DNA of 64,000 bases from Camelus ferus (Eukaryota). The position numbers were made by a program, and so were the translations under genes. The DNA lies in assembly GCF_009834535.1 (NCBI RefSeq), contig NC_045697.1:66156001-66220000 (forward strand). The letters are read 5' to 3'. This document shows positions 55,331 to 64,000 of the stretch, piece by piece (position 1 is the stretch's first letter; every line of letters begins with the position of its first letter). The notes below the pieces were generated by a model that worked only from the letters and a program-made list of their open reading frames with translations, did no database searches and was not told where the DNA came from.

Positions 55331-57671
55331 ACACGTGAAGAATTAGAGAAGGAAAAAGTTGTAGGTTCTACTATGCAATTGTGTCCAAAGCACGGTGGGG
55401 TGGTCAGTTCTCTCTGGGAAAAGTTAATTTGATGCAGTGCTGTGACATTATATTCTCAGTGTCCTTGAAAAAAGAATTTGCATAAATGGTAAAGCACTAC
55501 CTTACTCAAAATTTTCCTTTGGCATTTGATCCTAATGACTAACATGCTAATTGGTAAGTTTATCTAAACTCTGTTTCAGGAATAATAACAGTAGTTAACT
55601 TTTATTGACTGTACTACTACATGTGAGACAATCCAGTCTTCTAAATATTTTAAATTTATTTTCTCCTTTCATCCTCCCACTGACCCCAGAAAGTTAGAAC
55701 AGTTATAATAAAGAGTAAGTAACTTACCCAAAGCCACCAATTAGGAAATGGCTGATCTAGAATTCAGGCATGGAGATGAACTCCAGATCCTGTATCTCTT
55801 AATAGGAAAAATAAGAATAAGTGGCTTTAGAAGAGATAATAAAATGCTTTTCCATCATCAGTTGTGTATTAATGTTGACCTCTCTAACAAGAAAGACCTT
55901 TTAAAAAGATATTTAACTTTTTACAAAAAGTTGGTTTGCAAAATATATCTACTGAATAGTTATTTTGGCAGAAAGAAAGATTGTAATGAAGAGGGTTGTA
56001 ATTCATTAAAGGAAGGTCATTGAGCACTTACTCCTGTGTGTCAAGTACTGTGCTAGGCTCTAGAGATAAACACGTGAGTAAGATATGGCTTCTGCCAATA
56101 TGTTAGAAGGAAATAATGATTAAACCATTCATTTCTGGTTCCCAATAAAGAAAACCCACCCAAGATCACACAAAGAACATAACCCTTTTTCTCCATAAAT
56201 TGGGGAAAATCATACACTTACATTACCATACTGTGTTAATACATACAATAATCACTTCATTTGGTTTCCATAATAAAGGCCATTATTAGACCCTTGAAAG
56301 CTTTTTAAAAACTTTATCATTGATTTTCTGGGCAGTCCAGAGAGTTCTACTATATAGCTTGATTCTTTTCTGTAATACACCCTTAGCTTTTATGCCCTGG
56401 ATCTACATATTTGGGTGTATATAATTGATCGAGAATCATTGACATTGTGTGTGTGTGTTTGCCCACCCAGGGGAGTAAATTATCCTCAATTTCCTTGGTT
56501 GTGTTTGCTTTTGTTCATTTTTAGCCCTCCAAAATACTTAATGACTAACCAAGAATGTGACCACCCTCGTTGTTACCACATTAAACACTCTTACTCAAGC
56601 CGAGACCCATATCACGGGCCCCTCTTTCCTTTATCTTTAAAAAAAAATCAATTCTAGAGGCATTTCCTTTTAGTTTCTTTATTTTCTCTTATCTCTTCAA
56701 CTCTAACTCTTCTACCAATTACAGCTTTTCTCCCAGAGGGAAGACAGAGGTCCTTAGCAACACACGTAGTCTCTGAACACTGCGGTGACAAAGCAGTGCC
56801 ACCTTCCATCTCTCGTGGGCAGCTCCAAGGAAAAGAGCATCGTAATGTGGAAGAAGGTCCAACACTGTGATGTTGCATGTATATTTACTTACCTCACTGC
56901 GATGCTGTGTGGACAAATACGGTAAACTTGCCTTTAATCTCCTGACTTTAATCTCCTCAAAAGAAGGAAATGGGAATAAGACATCTTGCGTATGAATGTG
57001 AAGCACACCATTATAGAAACAAACAAAGAATTAGTCAGTTTTCTGCTAGAAGTTTCATTCTCTTAGTCTGGACCACAGACAGCACTTATCTTCTCAAAGT
57101 GAAGTTAATGTTCAATTAATTACACTGTAGTGTGTGCTAGACTTGCTGATGATAATTTTTTAAAGTTCTGTTTGAACAGTAGGTCAGTGGCCAAATAGTT
57201 TTCAGTCATGATTATGAAGCACAGTTACTTTTTAAATAGAAATTACTTTGGGTGATGATTTTTATTTTTATTTATTTTTGGAGGAGAGTGATGATTTTTA
57301 AAACATAGTTAAGGAAACCACCTCATTAGCATACTATAACTGGTGAGAATTCCAATTTAACTGCTAATCAGACTTTTTAGGTTTGTAAGAAATTGCCATC
57401 AAGTTATACTTGAGAACAGAAAGAGGAAGCTGTCCAGAACAATAAGTGAGATCATTAGCATCTGATCTTCCTGCCTCCAGCCTTACTCCTTCAGATTCAT
57501 ACCTAATTTTTACAACTAGATTAATTTTTCTAAATAGAAGTATAATTATGTTACTCTTTGACTCAAAACCTTCAGTAGCTCTTTATTGTCTACAAAAGGT
57601 AAGGCGATTGATTATAGCTGTGGTCTCCAAGATTTTTTTTACAGTTAGCTATGCTTAAATAGGAAATAAAG

Positions 57672-57698
57672 GAAAGAAAGATAGAAAGATAGAAAGAT

Positions 57699-57765
<67 letters not shown>

Positions 57766-57781
57766 AAAGAAAGAAAGAAAA
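57672..57781. repeat. (GAAA)n microsatellite with GATA variants
   Basis: Seen directly. Confidence 0.95.
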
Positions 57782-58699
57782 GACAGGGAAGGAATTAAAA
57801 AAGAAAGAAAACTAAGCACGTAAATATGTATTTCCTCCATATAAAATTACCTAAGTGTATTAGTACAATTATCTAATATCTTAAAATATAATTATCTCAG
57901 CACAGAGCTTATTGCTAATCATTGTGGCTTCAGTTCATGTCTCAAATGGCCTTCCTGATTATTTGACTAATTTTATTAGACTACCTCCTCCTCTCATATC
58001 CGATTAGATTATCATTTGCTTTTTACCCCCAACACAGTTGCCGAAGAAGGGCAGGAGAAAAGGCAGCTTTGTAATTTCCCTTTGTCGGCCTGTGCTTGCA
58101 TCTTAATATTTTTTATTTATGTTTCCTTTGTGGGGATCTTTTCATAAAATTTTCATTTAGAATAGTCTAAAATATATTATAGATCAGTTTACAGAAATAG
58201 GCAAAAGATACACAGCATGCAAAAACTTTAAGGTCAGATCTCTGATAAGAGATCCAGCCTTGACTTTTGTTTCAGGAAATCTGGCAGTCTGAGGGGCAGA
58301 GAAACCCTTCCTAGTAGGACACCTCTCACAATATTGTATAAAATATTTTCCAAAAAGGATTGCTGGTTAATGCTGGCAGAGGAATTAAGGAAATTTCAGA
58401 AGCCAAAAACAAGAGAGTGGAAGGCGATCACTGGATATGAATGGACCATCCACGTGGTAAAGAGACAAAGCTGGCGCCCTGATGTTTAGACCTGAGATCT
58501 TGGCATAAAATCTGGACACTTAACGGACAATATTCTCATTAGGTAACATAGGAAAAAATTAACCATCCTCACAGAGAGCTATCCCTGCCTCATTCTGTGA
58601 AGAGTGAAAAAAAGAAAGGTTCTCATAATTTCTAATCTTAAACCTGCACTCACATGATCTTTGTACCATACCCCGCACTCTCAAATTTTTTCTTTTCTT

Positions 58700-59500
58700 T
58701 TTTTTACTTTAAAGCAATTCTAGATAGTTGTGCTCTCTGGAGGAAAGAAAATTTACCTTAGTTGTCAAAGAAATCTCATAAGAAAAGTTCCAAAGAAAAT
58801 CAGCTTACAATGAAAAATTAGTCAACACATATGAAAACAAGATACTATGAGTGGGAGTCAACAGAAACACCAACTACTATATTCACTCCTTTAGAACTAT
58901 CAATACTAGAATTGACAATAAAGGAGAATTAAAATAAATATGTTTAAATATACAAAATAATTCAAAGTATGATGAAAGAACAAATGATTACCAAAATTGA
59001 TTAAGAAAATTTGTGAAAAGTTTCAAAATGAATTTCAAAAAATGAGAAATATAATACTGACATTAGAAACTCAATATTTTGGCAACATAGCAGATTGGAA
59101 ATGGCTGGAAAGAAGATTAGTAAACTGAGATAGTGGAGGTAAAGATATTACAAAAATGTACACAAGGATATGAAAGAAAAAGATCAGGAATGTGGAAGAT
59201 AGAGGGAGAAACCCTTACACACATTTAATGGAAAATCCACATTGAGAAAATACAAAGAATAGGAGAGAGATCTTAAAGAGATAATGACTGAAAAATTTCC
59301 AGCTATGATAAAAGATAGTAAGTCTCAGGATTCAGAAGACCACTGAATCTAATGAAGAATATATTAAAAGAAATACAGTCTTTTAACACACAGTAGTGAA
59401 ATTTCAAAATTCCATAGGCAAGATCTTAAAAGTAGCCAGATCAGTTTAATATACCGATCCATGGAGTTCTCAGCTGCAATAATGGAAGCCAGATGATAGT
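58700..59500 (+). mobile_element. Old L1/HAL1 ORF1-region fragment
   Basis: A-rich degenerate ORF1-like sequence (gctggaaagaagattagtaaactg; gagataatgactgaaaaatttcca; ttctcagctgcaataatggaagccaga). Confidence 0.55.
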
Positions 59501-59847
59501 GGAATTAGATTTGGTGCTGTCAGCCAAGTAGTGTTCTGTCCTTATGCAATATTTGGAAATGTGATGGAGGGGTGTTTTCATTGTCACAATGACTGAAGTG
59601 TGACTGGCAAGTTGCTTAACTTGTCTGTGCCTCGGCTTTCTTATTATTATGGGAATAATGATATTTATTTCATAAGATAGTTGTGAAGATTACATGTGCT
59701 AAATATATACAATGCTTGACATGTAGTAAGTGCAATGAAAGTGTAACTATTATAGCACCCTGGAGCTAATGTTCTAAAATGCGAAGAAGAGTTAAAACAG
59801 TAGAGAATTGTCTGACCCAAAGTTCTAAGGAAGTCCTTCATTAAAAA

Positions 59848-60425
59848 ACATTGAGAGAAAATATTTGCAAATGATGCAACTGACAGAGGTTTAATTTCCA
59901 GAATATATAAACAGCTCATACAACTTAATAACAAAAAACCAAACAACCCAATCCAAAAATGGGCAAAAGACCTAAATAAGCAATTCTCCAATGAAGACAT
60001 ACAAATAGCCAATAAGCATATGAAAAGATGCTCAGTATTGCTGATTATCAGAGAAATGCAAATCAAAACTACTATGAAGTATCACCTCACACCAGTCAGA
60101 ATGACCATCATCCAAAAGTCCATGAAAGACATATGCTGGAGTGGGTGTGGAGTAAGGGAACCCTCCTACACCTTTGGTGGGAATGTAGTTTGGTGCAGCA
60201 TTATGGAAAACAGTATGGAGATTCCTTAAAAAACTGAAAATAGACTTACTATATGACCCAGCAATCCCACTCCTGGGCAAATATCCAGAGGGAACTCTAA
60301 TTCAAAAAGATACATGCACCCCAATCTTCATAACAACACTATATACAATAGCCACCATGTCCATCGACAGATGACTGAATAAAGAAGCTGTGGTGTACTT
60401 ATACAATGGAATACTACTCAGCCAT
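59848..60425 (+). mobile_element. L1 ORF2 3' fragment, similar to the copy at 16.2-17.5 kb
   Basis: gagaaaatatttgcaaatgatgcaactgac...atacaatggaatactactcagccat; ORF 60020-60229 ([19 protein letters not shown]) is L1 ORF2. Confidence 0.92.
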
Positions 60426-60700
60426 GAGTGGAAGTTCTGCTGTAGGATAGCTGAGGCAGGAGGCCTCAACTAGCATTGGAGATCCTGCAGGCAGACGAGC
60501 AGCCAGGTGGTAGAACAGGAGGGTGGATGAGGGGAGCTGTTAGAGGATGGCTTCCCTTCCCACTTTTCCCTCACTCATTTCTTGCCACAAACTGCACAAA
60601 AGTGGCACCAGGAGGATGGGTATGAAGAACCTGGGCTAGAGGAAGGGAGGGAGAGAGGGTGAAGGGAGAGGAGGAAAAGATGTCTCCAGAGCAGCTGAGA

Positions 60701-60850
60701 GGGGAGGGAATAGCTCAGTGGCAGATCACATGCTTACCACACATGAGGTCCTGGGTTCAATCCCCAGTACCTCCACTAAAATAAACGAATAAACACAATT
60801 ACCTCCCCTGCCCCACTAAAAAAATTGGAAAAAAAATTGGGGGAAAAAAC
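60701..60850 (+). mobile_element. tRNA-derived SINE (Vic-1-like)
   Basis: ggggagggaatagctcagtgg...gggttcaatccccagtacctcc; TSD agcagctg(a/g)ga at 60690 and 60856. Confidence 0.9.
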
Positions 60851-62769
60851 CCAGCAGCAGCTGGGAGGAAGTCCCTCCTCAGTGTTCTATGGCAGGTCAT
60901 CATGTAAAGGCACTACTTATAAATTAAGCTTAAATACTTTGTGGACTGCAATGCATGTCTTAATGCTAATACATACATTAGATGTTCTTTATTTAAGTTT
61001 TACAGTTAAAATTATTTTGAAAGTTTTAAGAAAGAGAGAATAAAAAAGAAAGGAAGGAAGGAAGGAAGAATAAACCAAGCACTTCAATTCATTTTAAATC
61101 TGTCCACATTGGAAAATCACACATGTATTTGTTTCAGTTACAGTTATTTTTCTTGTATTTCTCCAAGATTCCTTTGGAAATAAGCACTATTGTAAGTGCA
61201 CTTGTATGTCCAGGGAGATACTTAGAAGCTTAGTTTCAAATATATGGCAAAATAAATACATAAGAACATTTGGAAATGATTTTTTCCAATCACAAGTATT
61301 CTTACCAATGTTTGGGAAAGCACAAAAGAAAGTTTTATAGCTCTCTGGTGGTGCTTTAGGATGAGAAAATGTTGAAAATCACTTTTCTCCTCAGTACTTT
61401 ATTTATAACCTGTACTCTTTTCTATAAAGGAAAACATTTTTATGAGACTGCAGCTTTAACTGAAGAAATATCTATTCTTATATATCATGCTATTCAAACC
61501 ATTCTGTGTTCTGATTTTTAAAGTCTTCTTAGTATCAAAGTAATCTTTATAATTTTCTTGGGAACTCTTGACAAAACACTTTTTAGTACAAAGATCTTTA
61601 AACATTTCATAGAATTATGTTTTCACAAATTTCATATTATCTCTTTCTGAAATGAAAACTTTAGATGGGGTTTATAAGCCCATGGGCTCACTATATTTCA
61701 AGATATGTAGAGATGGTTCCCTTACAAATCTCCCAGGAACCTCAGTTTTAGAATCTTGAATATATACAATGTATTTCAAGACTGACCTTTGGGGAATGAG
61801 GCTTCCTTAAAGCGAGATAATACAAGAAGGTTGGAAGGAATTAGATTCAAACAATGACATTCAATTTCTAGCTCACATGACCATAGGAGGTTTTGAAATC
61901 AAAAGTCTATTAGACACTAACTTTATTCAAAATAAACCAAATGTCTTGCAAATATATGTATTAATAATTCTCAGATTTATGTAGATGCTCTTAAAAGTAG
62001 TAAAATGTCACTGTTGCAGAACTCATAGTGGTTCTTGCCACTCTATTCTCCATCAGTTACTTTTAGGTGAAATGTGCATTTGACCCATTACCAGAGCCCA
62101 ACCAGAGGAGAAGTTGGTCTGGCTGAGAGCAGAGATATCCTGGGATATCCAAAAATCTCTGTTTTAATTGAAGCAAATAGTCTCTACTAGGTTTTCTCCA
62201 CTTATCAGTGAAAGTTGTTATCCTTTCCTTCTACAGAACAACACATCCTGGTAACAGCTACAGAGGTAAATTCTCAGTCAAGTTAGTTACAGATTGTTGG
62301 TTTCATTGACTGGAGGCTCTGCTACACATGGATACACTTCCCTGATGGTCATTATCTGTATGACTCAGATTCTAAATAGCCTTGCTTCAATCTCTGTCAT
62401 CGGTTCTATCAACCTGTTAGGACATGCAGGTACTTCAGTTTGCACTAATGCCCTTGTCGAACGTATTTGAATCATTTGCTTGAACTGTATTTGAACACTA
62501 TTGAAATGCCTGGATACAGTCTTTCCTGCAAGACCAAATCTGTGTGGTCAACCACTACTCTTGGGGTGAGTTTCCCAGAATCTGTCCTGCTCTGGAAGAT
62601 GGGTTTATTGCCATCCCTGGATTTACTGTCCCAACCAGTCAAGTGCCATACAGTGTCATAAAAGTTCAAGAATGGACACCAAATGGAAGTGTTATCTAAA
62701 AGATAATACTCTTCTCCATTCAGAAAAATAAAGTCCTTTCCTTTCTGGAGAGCTCCAAACTGTTCGTTT

Positions 62770-62807
<38 letters not shown>

Positions 62808-62808
62808 G
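62770..62808. repeat. (TTG)13 microsatellite
   Basis: Seen directly. Confidence 0.95.
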
Positions 62809-63399
62809 CCCTCTGCTCTAATTGAATTCAACGTTCATCTTGAATATGTTAAGCTGTGACAGGTTTTTTTTCCCCAGACAAAATGTTCATGAACCAGATT
62901 GTTTTAAATTTTGAACTGTCTATATCAGTAATCTGCAAACTTGGGCACACAAAGACTTTTCATGGAGGGTGTGAAGATGGAAAGTTTTAAGGGAATCAGT
63001 TTCCTTATTTTCAACTTTCATATGTACTTTTCCTTAAAACTGATCTGCCTCAAGAAGTCCTGCCAATTTTCCTCTCCCACTTTCCCTTTCACTGTATAAA
63101 AGTGGGGTGAGCAGTTCAGCCATACCGAATTTTACTGTGTACATCATGCCAGGGTGTAAAAATCTCTCAGAGTGCCAAATATAGGAAAGGCTCAAAATAT
63201 TGCTGTCAGGAAGCCTCATTTAAGCAAAACACCATAAATCCATAGTAGGACTTTATATATCCCTGTTTTATTCGTATTTCTGTGCATGGTGTTAGAAATA
63301 GAGGTTTTGGCCCAGGTTGAAATGTTCTGAATTTAGATATATTGTAGAGGAGAAGTAGCTAGAGGGATTTTTGTTTGTTTGTTTAAAGATAATTTTTCT

Positions 63400-64000
63400 C
63401 TCCCCTAATTACAGGCAACAAAAGCATAATTCATCTGAGGGACAGTGCAATCAAAACAAAGCAAAGAGAGCATCAGTAATGCATACCAAAGGTGACAGCA
63501 CCTTACTTCATCCAGGCAGTGAGTTCAGTTTTTTTTTTAACTCTTCTCCCCCAGTGATCTCATGCTTCACCCTACTTTAGCCATTAACTTCCAGAATCAT
63601 AGACTATATCTTGTCATTTCCAGTAACTGCAACGTCTCCACAGTCTCCCACCACTATCCACCCACCAGTAAATGTAGCTGTACACTCTGCTTTTCCACCT
63701 GCTAGCACAGGTGATGCTATGGTAGAAGACCAACTCCTCCCCTTGGGCACAGAGCCCACCTTCTCCCTCCCTACTCAAGAACTGGGAACAGCAATCCCAC
63801 CCCTTTCTACATCATCAACTTTTCGCTCTCTACCAAATATTTCCTATCAGTATCCCAACATGCTGTTGTTTTTTTCTCTCTCTCTTTAAAATAGCCTCTT
63901 TTAACCTCAATTACTCTGAAAACTACCATCCCTTTTTGCTCTCATTTCTAATAAGACTCCTCAAAAATTGTCTGTATTTGCTTTCCCGGACTCCTCTTCT
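63400..64000 (+). mobile_element. L2 fragment
   Basis: C/T-rich degenerate L2 ORF2-like sequence (ctcaagaactgggaacagcaatcccacccctttc; ctcctcaaaaattgtctgtatttgct). Confidence 0.5.

Larger units (their letters stand above)
48036..62760 (-). pseudogene. Possible decayed multi-exon gene (identity unknown)
   Basis: Several AG/GT-bounded, partly open segments on - (48036-48134, 49475-49599, 51800-51917, 56893-56955) and semi-open frames at 61.4-62.8 kb; see findings. Confidence 0.35.

Noticed and set aside
62770..62831. Poly-Asn protein start in ORF 62472..62831
   Set aside because: The Asn run is simply the (TTG)13 microsatellite read on the - strand.

Overview
Mammalian genomic DNA, probably camelid (inferred from a tRNA-derived SINE resembling Vic-1). 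Two convergent intron-containing genes can be reconstructed base by base. The 3' half of SMARCAD1 (+) has 13 coding exons from 1037 to the stop at 11462-11464, covering SNF2 helicase motifs I-VI, with a poly(A) signal at 12737. The complete HPGDS gene (-) has a non-coding exon 1 near 40422-40461 and five coding exons from 33867 to 15989, giving an intact 199-aa protein. The rest is interspersed repeats: L1, L2, CR1, MIR, tRNA-SINEs, MER58, Tigger, MLT and four solo LTRs with target-site duplications (TSDs). The most notable observations are: (1) exon-like, partly open segments on the - strand at about 48-62.8 kb that may be a decayed unannotated gene; (2) a very CpG-rich solo LTR facing a second, GATA/CCAAT/TATA-bearing LTR inside HPGDS intron 1; (3) a composite SINE plus tandem LTR-like element under one TSD; (4) a CTCF/RUNX/palindromic-GATA cluster in HPGDS intron 4. 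Nearly all supplied ORFs are spurious. Gene and repeat family names come from recall, not from searches.
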